DNA of 57,116 nucleotides, filler included, from Sphacelaria rigidula (taxonomy: Eukaryota), in assembly GCA_964200075.2 (NCBI GenBank). It is 8 parts of 8 records of this genome, joined end to end, with 100 filler letters (N's around TTAATTAATTAA, not from the genome) between each part and the next. Parts side by side here need not be neighbours in the genome. Positions count along the whole stretch, not along the records: positions 21,459 to 28,510 come from CAXNAA020016746.1; positions 28,611 to 35,662 come from CAXNAA020016747.1; 6 more parts are not named here. The stretch is one strand, 5' to 3'. The position numbers and the translations under genes are program-made. The notes below the pieces were generated by a model. That model did not search any database, was not told where the DNA came from, and saw nothing but the letters and a program-made list of their open reading frames with translations. Shown here in pieces: positions 22,118 through 34,878 of this stretch; position 1 is the first letter of the stretch, and each line of letters begins with the position of its first letter.

Positions 22118-23765
22118 AAAAACTAGAAATTTCGAGCTTGGGGCCCACGTGCCCCGAAATATATTTTGACAGACCCTCGTCTCGCCGCCCATTTTGTTGC
22201 GCTTGGCGTGAAAAGTGTGAGCAACGAAAACAGCGAGTTCGGCACGGCCCATGTGTCAACATCGCAGGGGGTGCATTTTTGTTTTTGTTTTTAGTCCAAG
22301 ATGACGAGCCATGTTGCTATGGTAGCGGCTTCACATTGGGGCACATATCTTCCTTGTTCAGGGTGCATCAACTTCGGAGCTGCACAAGAACATCGGTGAG
22401 AACTTCCCGCTTTCAAAATAAGTTGGAGTATCCCTCTAGCCCATTGGAAATGCTAATCATCGCGTGCTTGCATATTTTTTGAGTCATTTTCGGATGAGAT
22501 GGAGGGTTCCCACCAACAAGTCGAACCTCCTACACGTCTTGTGCTCCCCTTCCCTCGCACCACTCAAATGTGCGCCACAACGGCGCTCCAGCGAACCTCT
22601 CTCTGAAGTGCTATACTGAATTGTAAGGTATCATCTGTTCTGTGTTGTCCGATGCCCTTGCTCTGTTTCGGATTCGAGAGAGCATCACGACGCTACTCCG
22701 TGACGGTTATGTGACTGGCTGATTTGCTAGAGGGGAAAATGGAGGGTTCGAATTTGAGCACCCGTTTTTTGAGCAAGTCAAGTATTTTACGAATCTGATC
22801 TACTGATACTGACGAGGACACGAGTGAGAAAGGGAATTTCACAAACTTCGACCGCAGCGTGAGTGCTGACTCAATCCGTGACACCAACATGCGAGGTATG
22901 TCCATCAGAAGAGACGGCTTGATTCCTTATAACGGCGCACTCGTCCCTAAAAAGTCCTGGCTGAATATCGTTTCGCCAAGATTGACAGTCTTGGATACGA
23001 CTGAGAATGGGAAGCGCATCGGGAAGCGGTCAATGTGCTTGTTGGACCTGCGGGTCTGCTCAATCGTGCTGTAGAACTGGTTCTAATCCTGCGGGTAGGT
23101 TCTGCTATTCTGCTCGAGGGGACGGGAATACCGGCCGCGGATTGTTGGTCGAAGGCTGTAAAGCAGGAAAGCGTCATCAAGGTGTCAATCCTACTGCAAG
23201 GGCGTGAAGTTGTCGTTTTTTCTCAGCTGGACTTCCTACGAAGGTGGGATCCATCTAAGCATCGCCTCTTCTCTTCGGTGCGGTAATCCAGCACGTTTCG
23301 GGTATTATACCCTGCCTCACTACATCATTGTTGACTTATTGCTGTCTCGAATCGCGACGTGCACGTCATAGAAGGATGGGCTGTCGAAGACATTTCTTGA
23401 ATCTCGTTTGATACTTGACATGGTGAATAAATATAGGGCCCTGCTCCCCAAAGAAACCGAGACTAGAGAACTGATCTCCAAAGGGAGAAGAGGGTGTTAT
23501 CCATCGTCACGCTGTAACATTACTAGTGTCAACACTGCGTTCTGCGGGCTTTAGTGCCGTCTGTTGTATGTAGTAATGATTACCGCGCAACACAACACGA
23601 GCCGAGAGAAAAAAAAACTTATTGTTAGGCTGGTCCGTTGTTTCCCAAATGAAAGCAATCATGTTCTAGTTATGAGTTTGCACATGCTGCACTTGGGTAG
23701 AAATCGGACAACTAATGCAATCATTGGGTTACTATATTTTGTGTAACTTATGTATTGAGGTAGAG

Positions 23766-24190
23766 CTCACCCGGCCAGATCGTGCACAGATGAATTGTGT
23801 TCTCTAGCTGAGCTGACCAGAGTCTGCACCGGTGGGTTAGTTTTATGAATCACCCGGCCAGAATATGAGACCACTGAGTTACGCTGTAGAACTTACCTGG
23901 CCATGATATGCAACGTTGAATTATGTTCCGCAACCCACCCCACGAGAATATGCATCGCTGACCTATATTCTGTAACTGACCCAGCCAGCATATTCACCCA
24001 CGAGATATGTTGTTGTAAGTCAGCCGATCAGAATATACACCCCTGGGTTATGTTGATAACTGACCCGGCCAGAATGTGCACCGCTAGGTCATGTTCTAAA
24101 ACCTACAAGATCGGAGAATGCACAGCTGAGTTGTGTTGTATATCTCACCTGACCAGAACGTGCACCGCTGGGTTATGTTACCATGACTCC
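23766..24190 (+). repeat. Degenerate 42-bp minisatellite, ~10 units
   Basis: Consensus ~ACTCACCCGGCCAGAATATGCACCGCTGAGTTATGTTCTATA; units of 41-43 bp. Confidence 0.85.
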
Positions 24191-24695
24191 CAAGTGAGTT
24201 TCGGGGAAGAAGGTCGAATTAGACTCAACCTGAGTTGAATTGTCTGACGTGTGGATATGTCATGTGTTCCACCATTAGCGTCTCCACGGCCATGAAGTTG
24301 TTGATTTCAGCTCGCCAGCCTGATATGGCCACTACCGGCCCTGCTGGTGGTTGTCGGTTGTGCGGACCTAGTAGGATAATTGTGTGTTTGGGCTACCGAC
24401 TTGTTCATTTGGTGCACGTAACGTGCAGTACTTTATACTATCAAAGTCTTCCGGTTGTTGCGCAGTGAGTTCGCACCAACACCGGACTTAGTGTAGGTTC
24501 CGTATCGTTTTGCAAGAGTGGGTCGACGGCGTTATTGTTTGACGGCAACATTCACGTGACCGGTGTCGCGCCTGATCAAGTGTCACGCTTTCATACCACT
24601 TCTCAAGTAACACATGGCTGAAGTCAGTAGAAACGACGAAGCATGAAACAAACAACGATATTAAAGAGTTTCGGGAGACGTTTTCTGAAATCTTA

Positions 24696-25723
24696 GAGTC
24701 AGAGTGGAACGGAAAATAGCCGGTAACGGTGCACTTTCCGCTATGAAGGTTTTTTCGAGGCGACGTTTTCAGAGTGAGAGTCCCGTTTGCACCACTTCAC
24801 TCTGAAAACCGTTGTTCCTCCTCAGAGTTTATAGCTGAATAAAAAAAATCACGCCCGCCTTCGCCACCATGGCCACGTCCAGTCCAAAGTCAGTACACCT
24901 TAAAAAGTTAAGTGGGACATTCAGCATCCATCAAAACTGCCGGACTCATCACAATGGACCATTCACGAAGTAGAAAAGCTTGGCATCGCAATCAGAAGAC
25001 CTCCCCGACGCCGCCATGGTATCAGCAATCCGCTTGGTTGTGTTGCGTGAAAATTCCAATGCTCGACGGGTACACGTTGCGTTGGGTGCAGTTCCTCATT
25101 CTTGCCAGCTTCAGCTGGAAGAAGACGGTGGGAACGATTCGTAGTCTACAGAGCACAAGCAATACTACACCTGGCTGTATTCCCATCCCGTGAGAAATAA
25201 TGACGTCTTGCACCGCCGTTATGGGTGGCACGTGGAAAAAGCATCGCAATGCAACCGAGGTCTGCTGTTTGGAAGTGCTGCGTACCTTACTGTCTGTACT
25301 ACTGTTTGTACTACTGACTCTCTGTACCGTATCGCTGTACAGTATAATAGTTCACAGCATCGGAATGCACTGGTTGTTGTAGGGTTTTGTATTGCACTAT
25401 CTGTACTGTACTGTACTCCATGCTGCACAGAACTACGGCGCTATGGCACTACAGTGTCCTGTAGTGCCCCGTGGTGGATTGGGATACTGCAGGTGCAGTG
25501 AAAAAGCGTAGTGTGTGGTGCGTACGGTGCCGCAGTGTACGGTGTAGTCAGTGTTGTGCCGACCTATGCACTTTTGAAGTGGACGCTGGTCGATCGTACA
25601 TTTGGTGGGGCAACCTGCGGCCAATCACTGCGACAAAAAAAATCACGTCAAGCCACGTCACATCAGCTTCCGCCATGAACTTTTGAACGTCCACTATGAA
25701 GCTTCCACTCGGCACTCTGACTC
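24696..25723. mobile_element. Putative non-autonomous TIR element (~1 kb)
   Basis: TA-GAGTCAGAGTG ... CACTCTGACTC-TA (13-bp perfect inverted match including TA). Confidence 0.45.
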
Positions 25724-26685
25724 TATGCTGGAAAAAAACATCCCGAAACTCTCTATTGGCCTTCGACCTGAGCCCATGTCCATGACTACCTCCCGCAACG
25801 GCTCGTGCTCGATTCTACCACGGCAGGGGACAACCTAACGACGGATAGGTTTCAAACAGTTGGTGCGACAAATACGATTTGTGTTCAAGCGCAACGGTCA
25901 TTTTCAATTCTGAAATCTGGAACACAATCACACAGAAATAAAGCTGTACTTCCTGACATATAGTGCTATTAATACTTCGGATACGAGTTGGGCACGCTGA
26001 GAGGTATCAGTCGAGACGAGGATTGCGCCCCTAGCTTGACAAGAAAACTCCGAGATTTATTCCTCGTTGTTCCGTCTTTCTCCATGGCCTTCTCGTTTCC
26101 GGCAATGGTGTACGAGGATCACGTTAGGGCTCGGTGTGTGTGTTGGTGTTGTGGTCTGATCTATTCTTGACGCGAGGCTATACCTTCGGTATATCTGTGC
26201 GCATCAGCCGGGGTCACACAGGAGGATGGTAAACACAGGATCGTTCAAGTTTGATGGTACTTCAACTCCCTTCTGGGGTGCTTGTCTTCCTTTTCATCAC
26301 GAGGAGGGTTCGACGATCCCTCTCACGCTCTTTACAATAGACGCAACAACTTTCCACCCCTCTAACAACAGACGCGGGGGTAATATGTCATTATATATCG
26401 TCGAAGACAACATACGGTGAAATGCGTGTATTGATGAGAAGACAAAATATGTTGCGACCATCGATCGATGACCCTCTGCAACTGTAATAAATCAAGATCA
26501 CTGGTCATCGATGGATTTTATATGCCCCACTAGATTGTGGGATGTGGCTATAGATAGCCATGATCGTCACCAAAATATTTGGTGAGCCATCTATCGACAG
26601 CCATGCTACCATCAGTAGATTTCGTGAGCCACCTATTGATAGCCATGCCGTCACCAAAAGCTGTGGGAAAAATCTATGGATGGCC

Positions 26686-26968
26686 TTCGCCGACGATAGA
26701 TTTTGGGGTATCCATCGATGTACATTGTCAACAGTGGGTTGTTTCAGGTAGAATCTATCGATAGCTAATGCCGCCAACAAAAGATTGGGATAATATATTC
26801 ATAAAATGTTCCCGTTCGGGAGGTTATTCGCCGACGATAGATTTTGGGGTATCTATCGATGTACATTGTCAACAGTGGGTTGTTTTACGTAGAATCTATC
26901 GATAGCTAATGCCGCCAACAAAAGATTTGGGATAATATATTCATAAAATGTTCCCGTTCGGGAGGTTA
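26686..26968 (+). repeat. Near-perfect tandem duplication of 141/142 bp
   Basis: 26686-26826 and 26827-26968 differ at only a few positions; degenerate ~40-bp GATAGCCATG subrepeats precede them from ~26540. Confidence 0.9.
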
Positions 26969-28446
26969 GTACCGGCCTCGCGGGGGTGGCGCAAGTCGAT
27001 AGTTTATGGTTGAGAGTGGATGTTGTATCTCAATGTACAGTAGTGATCGTGGCGGTACAAAACATCGCATGTGTTGTCGGCTGTCGTTGGGGAATATGGG
27101 AAATTTGGCGGAGGCCGACGGCGGAAACGCCGTTGTAGGACATGTGTGTTATTCCCGAGGTGTCAAAATGCGAAGTAGCTCTTGTGCCAGGAAATCATGA
27201 CAGCGGGAGGCACTCCCGAAAAATTGGAATGCGTGGAAGATTCTGGACATGTTCTTTGTACATCACTGTTGCTCTCACATCACTAGGCCTTTTTGAAACA
27301 GGGTGATTGTTTTTGCGGCAAAAGATTCTTGTGCTGCCGTGCTGCTATGCCTTGTTCACGTCGCCAACGGCCCATTGCACGGTCTTGTGTTTGCTGGTGA
27401 CTAAGGCCAAGGTGATGTATAATTGTTTTCAACTGCTTTGCTCTCCTGCTCTCGTGACATTGACGGCATAACCGGTGTGTTCGTGCTCCCAAATGAACGA
27501 GAACGCGACAAAGAAAAACACGGGGAGAAGTTACTCCGCCAACAGTAATCATGTTTAAAGCTTCCCATGATCTTAAACGGACTTTTTGTCGTTGTTCGGA
27601 CTTTTTTTTTTCCATCATCTTGAAAAGGCGTTTGTGGTTCGGGATCGACATCTCGCGAAAAAAAGCCAGTTCGAGCGACTTTCGGTGACCAGAACACGCG
27701 CCACGGGCATCAGATGATACCCAAACCTGAACGGTGATGTACCGCTGACCCTTCTCAGCGCGCTACAATAGAAAGCGCGGGGGGAAATGCCTTGCCGCCA
27801 GAGAAAATTCGGCAAACGTGGTGAAAAATGTGAAGTGATACATGTACATATATATATATTTATATTGTCCACCGCAGTGTTCTTTCGGCATCAACGGCAA
27901 TGCACCAAACACATACTGTACCCACATAACTACCCGAGGCCATAGCGGGTAATAGCTTTTGTGGACGTTAGATCCATCCACCACAAACTTGAGATGCTTG
28001 GACGCAATTCAGAGCCTATCGCGACTAATTTACTTGTATCGATAAACGACTTGGCCAGCCCATCGTCGCGGTAGTTATGGATTTTGTCGCTTGTCCCGAG
28101 TATGTTGTTACTAAGTTCCATCGATAGACAGTCGGTCGACTGTGGCTGACAACGGACATCAAAAGGCACAAAGTCTGTTGTTCAGGGAATGAGCATATCT
28201 CACCCACGCATGCAGGTCCTCCAAGCGGTCTTGTCCGTCATAGGGAGAACCATGAGTACCAACACCACACCGACAAGAAAACCCATAAACATCTGTCCAC
28301 ACATGTTACGGACTCCTACAACATACAACCGTTCCGCATGTGTCGAATTGTGATGACACTGTTTTACAAGGGTCCACGGTGGCACCATATATTCACCGCA
28401 TCGTCAACTGCGACCTCTCTAGCGTACGTTCATGGAGTATATACTC

Positions 28447-28498
<52 letters not shown>
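28447..28498 (+). repeat. (ATT)n microsatellite
   Basis: ~17 units at contig end. Confidence 0.95.
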
Positions 28499-28500
<2 letters not shown>

Positions 28501-28510
28501 CCATCACATT

Positions 28511-28610
28511 NNNNNNNNNNNNNNNNNNNNNNNNNNNNNNNNNNNNNNNNNNNNTTAATTAATTAANNNNNNNNNNNNNNNNNNNNNNNNNNNNNNNNNN
28601 NNNNNNNNNN
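28511..28610. other. Artificial contig spacer
   Basis: N44-TTAATTAATTAA-N44. Confidence 0.98.
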
Positions 28611-31600
28611 GGGTGTGTTGTGGGGGGGTGGGTGTTGTGGGGGGGGGGTGTTTGGGGGCGGGGGGGGGGGGGGGGGGGGATACAAGGCAGTTGACTGTCG
28701 TTGTTTTCATTTTCATTTTCATATTATTTTTCGTTTTTTTTTTCGCTCGATTGTATGTTTTGTTGCGGGCAAGCAGTTGGCATCTCCCAGGCTCTTGAAC
28801 TTGTCTGCCATATACTCAATGCGGTACAGTATATATATATATATATATAAATACACAACACAGTGCTGAGGTGCTTGTTGTCAGTGTCGATATTTGTTGT
28901 TTTCATGTATTTTGTTTGTTTTCTTCCATGTGTCTAGCCCTACCGTATACATACATGCATATACACTTTCAAGGGTGAGGAACACACGTTTTTATTCCTT
29001 TTTTGCTTTTTTTACTCTTTGCTCTTGACATTGCGCCCCCGCTTCCCCCATCCCTGAAAGCAGCGCATATCGTTCCAGGCCAACTCGCTCCTCTATTTGA
29101 TTTTTTTCGTCTTGGGGCGGGTGAGGAAGGGGAGTCGCACCCTGTTGTAACTTCGGGGGGTAAGTTGTGCGTTGGGCTTCGCGTTCTGCGGCTTAATTGT
29201 GAAAGGTGCGGCAGTCAAGCCCTTCAAAGGCGTGCCGTTGGAATTCCTCGCACATTTACTTCATTAGGTGGCACCCTGTTTATGTCGGAGTTGGGTTCCT
29301 CGGCGCCCCGCCCGGATGATACATATCTCGTAATCTATATTGTATATGCTTGCTTGAGGTGGGGAAAAAGAAGGCAGGGGAGAGGGCACGTGCTGAACGA
29401 TGGGGCCGTCGTAGTAAGGGAGGGTGTTGGCGGAGGGGGGGGGGAGGGGAGGCTGCGAAGGGAAGGAGGCAACCTGTACACCTTGTTTTCGACGCTTGCG
29501 CGCGATTTTTGTCGAGCGAGATTAACGCGGCTGGCGAGTTGTGTGTATGTGTGTGTGAGGGAGTGTGTGTGTGAGGGAGTGTGTGTCTTTCAGTCATGTA
29601 CAACCGCCAGTTGGAAGAATTTGGGGCGGGGGTTGGGGGGGGGAATGGGATAAAGGGTGAAGGTGAGGTTGTTGGAGTGGGAGTGGGGTTGATTTATCAG
29701 CACCCTACATATCGGCTCCGTCCCGATAACTTATCTCTGTCTGCCTGCGTACCTCCCCCCTTCTACATATACATTTCTCGCTACATGTACGTGTCGTCTT
29801 GGTATGGGCTGTGTGTGTACTTTAGTTGTTGAAGTCGATGTGTGCGTGTACGGCGGTGAGTTGCTCTGTCTCGTCTTGATTCATATAGCATGTTTCTTTT
29901 TGTTAATTTTGTTATCGCTTTATGGTGGAAGAAATGGGAAAATAGGTTATATATATAGCGTTAGAAAATGATTTTCATGAATTAGGACATGACTTTTTTT
30001 TTCTTCTTTTTTTTCTCTTCCACTTCAAAGTGGAAGGGAAGAAGGTATATAATAATGTGTTTGAAAAAACAGACGAGGTCTTGATTTGGTTGTGAGTGAA
30101 AGTGGAGGGTTATATGAGAGTATTGTGCGGGGGGGAAAAAAAAATGGTGACGATTCTTGAGTCGAGAGTGTGTGAGCAGCAGTATAGTAGTTTAGCTGGT
30201 GCGACAAATGACGGTTTTTCTCATCAATCGGGTATTGATATGAAAGCAGCGTTGGAGAAAATGTGTAGCGTTGTTGAGAAAATAAGGCTCTTGGCTGCGT
30301 CGGGTGCAAGTGCAGGCCCCACATGGGGGGACATGTTTCATGTGACGAAGAAAAAACAAGACAAAGTGCGGTAAATACTGCTGACAAGAACGAAAGGAAG
30401 AAGAAAATAGGATAGGGACAATATCTTGATGCTGTTGTACGGTGTACTTTTTGTCGCATCTTTTTTCGATGAACGCTCAACGGTGACTGGCTGGTGGCCG
30501 CAGCTTTGTCCGAGTGTAGGCCATGCGGTCCACCGTCTGCGTGTTGCTCGCTCAGGTTGGTGGGGTTGAAAATAGAGGCCGCCTCTAGCTGTTGGCGAAA
30601 ATCTGCGGATGTCTTTTTTCGAACAAATTAACCGTAACACTAAGCCCAACAAACCTAACCCCGACCCAATGCCCACGAGAAGCCTGGGGCAAGGTGGGTG
30701 CAAAGGTTCTCCTAGGCCCAGTGTGCGTTGGCAGGCCTCAAAATCGACGCCGCTGACACCGGTTTGGACAACATACGTTCTGGACGAGCTGGGTCCACTG
30801 CTCACCTGCCCCAAACCACAATTTTTCTCAGAAATGTCTTCGCTCTAGAATCAAGAAGTCATCTTGTCAACTATAGATTTCCGACCAAAGCTAAAGCTCT
30901 ACTGTGGAAATGCCCTCCCCGCGGAGATTGCTGTCACTTGTCTTGTTGCGGTGGATGATACAGATACAGGCAGGGAAAGTACAGAATGGGCACGGAGTTT
31001 TTCTTGTATTGGCCACGAACCCCCCCCCCCCCCCGAAATTGTCATTAGCCAAAATTCCTCGGTCCACAGTTGAAAGTACCATATCCAAGTATCTGCGATC
31101 GTGACAGCTCTCAACACAAACCACACATACCTCCAATACTAGTGAAACATATGTTTTAGCTCTGATTCATGGATGCTTAGGATTAGGGTATAGTCAGAGA
31201 GTACCGGTACTTTGTGTCTCGACACTCCAGCTACTCAGGGTCATCCCTATATATCGCTTTTTCGCCCCAGAAACTCTGGACTATTCAGCATTTTCGGCAG
31301 TCGATAGATTCCCTACAGCAGTGGGCGGTCTACCTACTAATCTTGTGGCATTTTGTGATTTTTTCGGGCTCTTTCCGCTTGCCACCGCTTATCACATCGG
31401 GGATCTGAAGACGTTTGTATCCGCTCCATATTCCAAGAATAAAAAATCATCTGTACTCAATATTGCGTGACTCACGGGCTGACCGGTCATCGGGGGTCCT
31501 GCCACGTTTCAGCCCAGATTCTTACTCTTCTGTAGTTTCGGCCGATCGAGCCCGTCTCAATCATGTTTGTGAAGAAATATATTGTTATGTTTTTTAGAAA

Positions 31601-32101
31601 TTCTGCCTACCCATTGCACTAGGGCCGAAAAACTGTGTTCCACGGTCGATAACACCCTCCTGATAAACGGGGTATTCACTCGTTTCGCCCAATAACGCCA
31701 CCTGACACTGACTTGGGCACTGCGTTTCGAAGATGATCTATTTATTGTACCGAAATCTACCCACGCTAGCAATATCGAGTTCTATTGAAGAGTAGTACGC
31801 GAGGAAATGCCCAAAACACCCCTAAATAATTAGACCGCCCACTACTGTAGGTGATGGGCAATCCGCAACATTTCGGAGATTTTCTACTCCTGGTGCTTTG
31901 GAGTACCGAGCCCTAAAGTATACTCTGTGGGAATCCAGCGTTCCTGGAGTACCGTACTCTCTTCTAAGCCCCCTTTTCTTCCCTTTGGCCACGACAACAA
32001 ACACAGACAATACTTGGCACCCACGCATTTTTAATACTGGAAAAATATCGGGAAACAGTGATGCCCATCCCTGCCGTAACCACTGCCACCACCAAGCGTC
32101 A

Positions 32102-33394
32102 TCATTGCGCGCCCAATCGATCTCTCCGCCGATTCTGGGACAGTTTGGTATCACGTTTTCCCTGATCGCTGTACGCCACACGGTATGTGCCGTCTTGCCC
32201 TGTGCCTCTCGCCCCTCCCTCCCACGCCGTTTCTTGATATGACCACTCTCCCGGGTTCCCGATAAGCATCTCGCTTTCCTCCCCCAACCCCATTTCGCCC
32301 CACCTTCTGCCTCTGGTGCGTTGTAGTGTTGCACTGCGCGCAGAAGGTCCCGGTGTAAAGGTTGATCCTGGGCCGTAGTAGTAGTAGGGCCCAATATCGG
32401 CATCATCATTAAAGCCATCATCATCATCATCATCATCAATGCTATCATTATCGTCGTTCATATTTTTGAGCAAGCTCAAGGAAGTCACCTCTCGCGTGCC
32501 TTGGTGAAGTCGATGCTCTTCATGTTGTCGCCTTTCGTGGGCGGCACGCTTCATTTCTGAGGTTGTCGGTGATCGCTGCCTCCCGCGAATACTGCCGCCG
32601 CCTGATGCTTCGGAAGAAGGCAAAATACCGCTGAAAAATCTGCGGCCGTCAAAGGTTGCATCAGTGCCTCCGCCACCGACCCCGCCGCCGGTACCCCATT
32701 CTGTTCTCCCTGCCGGGGAGCCCTTTCCTAGTTGAGTATGGTCAAAACGGTATCCGTCCCGGAGGATGCTGTTCATTCGGGCCCGGTTGATGCTGTCATG
32801 TACTTTAACGTTGTCCGTGAGCCGAGCCTGTTCGCGGTAGCTGTTTTCATCGAACGCGCCGTGGGGCGGTGGGGATTGCTGTTGTCGCTGATGACGACTC
32901 GCCATACGCGTCGTATTCGTGGCGTCGGAGAAATCGTTGTCGCGGGAGGCGAGAAGTGGTTTGTATTCGTTGATCATCGGCGGTATCGACCGGCGCAGAG
33001 AATCGACGCCCGCTGCACCGAATTTCCGCGTAGTATCGCGACCACGAACGAACTCGTCGTCACCGTACGCTTTGCTGATGATGTCGGCGTTGTTGAATCC
33101 CACGTCCGCGATTTCTCGAGGTCCAGCTGTGAAGGAGGGCGGTTTATTGACTCCATAATCTCTAACGGTCGTGCCGTTCGACATACAGTATCGCTGCTGC
33201 TGCTGCTGCTGTTGATCTTGACCGAGATAGGACAGCAGCTTCCGCTTGATCGCCTTCCGCGCGACTCGCGCGAGGTCGGGCAAAGCCGGATCCTGCCGCA
33301 ACACCAAGTTGTGAAACCGTTGGCGAAGGAAGTGAGTTTTTTTCACGGTCTTTGATACTCGCACTCGGATGGCCAAGAGGGCCCACGAGTGAAA
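32102..33394 (-). CDS. Probable long exon of a low-complexity protein of unknown function (partial)
   Basis: ~430 open codons, GC-rich, with poly-Q, poly-G and poly-D tracts; basic helical N-terminal part FHSWALLAIRVRVSKTVKKTHFLRQRFHNLVLR; no ATG start and exon boundaries uncertain. Confidence 0.6.
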   Translation of the reverse strand, partial: FHSWALLAIRVRVSKTVKKTHFLRQRFHNLVLRQDPALPDLARVARKAIKRKLLSYLGQDQQQQQQQRYCMSNGTTVRDYGVNKPPSFTAGPREIADVGFNNADIISKAYGDDEFVRGRDTTRKFGAAGVDSLRRSIPPMINEYKPLLASRDNDFSDATNTTRMASRHQRQQQSPPPHGAFDENSYREQARLTDNVKVHDSINRARMNSILRDGYRFDHTQLGKGSPAGRTEWGTGGGVGGGGTDATFDGRRFFSGILPSSEASGGGSIRGRQRSPTTSEMKRAAHERRQHEEHRLHQGTREVTSLSLLKNMNDDNDSIDDDDDDDGFNDDADIGPYYYYGPGSTFTPGPSARSATLQRTRGRRWGEMGLGEESEMLIGNPGEWSYQETAWEGGARGTGQDGTYRVAYSDQGKRDTKLSQNRRRDRLGAQ

Positions 33395-33794
33395 TTACTC
33401 TCTAGTAGGCGAGGACAGTCAGTTCGATCCCTCAATGAACCGGAAGAAATTGCGTGTGGCGTCGTGGAAGTCGTCGTGCGGGGAGGGTGTGGCGTGCGTT
33501 GTCAATGTTGGGAACGAGGATTGCGTTTCGTCTCACCGAGATGGTCCTTGTGGGTGCGTGCTCCGTACCTACGGTGAGCTCAATTGGTCGATGAATACAT
33601 AGATGAATGGATTCTTGATTGATTGACTGCCGCAAATTAGCACGTATGAAATGGTGTCAGGCGATTTGTGCCATGATCCGTGAAGTGTTGCACGAACGCG
33701 CAGATTTGGTGTGATCGTCGTCCCTCTCAACACGAGCAGGTTCCGCAGCTAGAACGTACAAGTGCGTGACTCAACATTTTCAACCAGCCACCTC

Positions 33795-34100
33795 ACTCCG
33801 GTGGTCTAATGGTGAAAAACAAAAACGAAAAAGGTGGGTCATTAGGTGGGACAAATGTGAGTTCGATTCCCGTCGGATGCTCTTAGTTTTCATTTTTTTA
33901 CCAAGCATTTAAGTTCCACTGGTAGAGGCACGAGGACCTGTGTAAGATACAGAGCTTGTTTCACTGAGTTCGCTTGGCGAGAGTCGATGCAGTGCGGGAG
34001 TGGTAGTCATGATCTAATTCGCGACATTGAATGTAAGGCACGTACAAGGGAAAAGGTGGGTTGATATCTCGAGACCACGGGTTCGGTCCAAGGAAGGGGA
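33795..34100 (+). mobile_element. tRNA-headed SINE family A
   Basis: CCGGTGGTCTAATGG (A box), GAGTTCGATTCCC (B box); body shared with 12790-12930. Confidence 0.55.
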
Positions 34101-34489
34101 CGGGTTATATATTCGTACTTCTTCTGCTCCGTATAACAGATAAACCATGGGAATGCAGATCGTATCTCCCGAACAAAGATGCCGACGATGCTATGGTTGG
34201 GCTCATGAGAAAGACGTCACGCACATGATGATAACTAAAAAACAAGAAAGGGAATGTATTGCGACATAGAATAGTTCAAAACGTCCCCCATTTTTGCACT
34301 GTTTTTAGCTTTTTTGGGGGGAATCTTGGGACAGAGAAAATGTATGAGAGCACACCGAGGTAACGACGCGGCAGAGGGCGAGGGCATGGGAAAGGATGCT
34401 ACAGTGCGATGAGGGGCTCTTCATAGCGAGTTGGGGCTATTTATCAAGTATCAGAGACGAACAGGACAGTTAACCACTTAATTTTTCGA

Positions 34490-34878
34490 CGTATTTAGCC
34501 ACCGTGATATCGCTCCTTATTGCAGACGAAAATACAACTTGAAAAGTGTTTTTTGGAGCTTCTACGTCAATTTGCTGTACGCCCTGAAAGAGAGCTAGAC
34601 GGATTTGACGATTTTTTTCTGAACTTTACCAGCCTCCGAGAAAAACGGCCGATCTTGGAGAAAAATGCAAGTTTGGGAAAGAAGAAAACTGCGGCAACCG
34701 GAAAAACGCATAGGTGTGCTGGAACAGTCTCAACGAGTACGGCAAGGCATTCTCCAAGGTGTCAAAATCCGCTTAGTTTTCTTCCAGGGCGTAGACCGAC
34801 ATGGAAGCTCCTAAAATGCACTTTTCCATATTTCATGCTTGTCTGCCATAAGGAGCGGCCTAAAAGCGGCTAAATACG
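34490..34878. mobile_element. Foldback/MITE with ~120-bp imperfect inverted arms
   Basis: 34490-34609 is the imperfect reverse complement of 34761-34878; TTAA lies 16 bp outside each arm (34470, 34895). Confidence 0.7.

Noticed and set aside
23766-24190. CRISPR-like array
   Set aside because: Units are contiguous degenerate repeats with no unique spacers, there are no cas genes, and the context is eukaryotic.
31195-31930. Possible old MITE (CAGAG..TACTTT..CTCG..ACTCCA inverted ends)
   Set aside because: The inverted match is too degenerate, with no TSD or second copy in the window.
31822-33355. 208-aa (31822-32448) and 207-aa (32732-33355) ORFs
   Set aside because: Alternative-frame and antisense overlaps of the 424-codon ORF.
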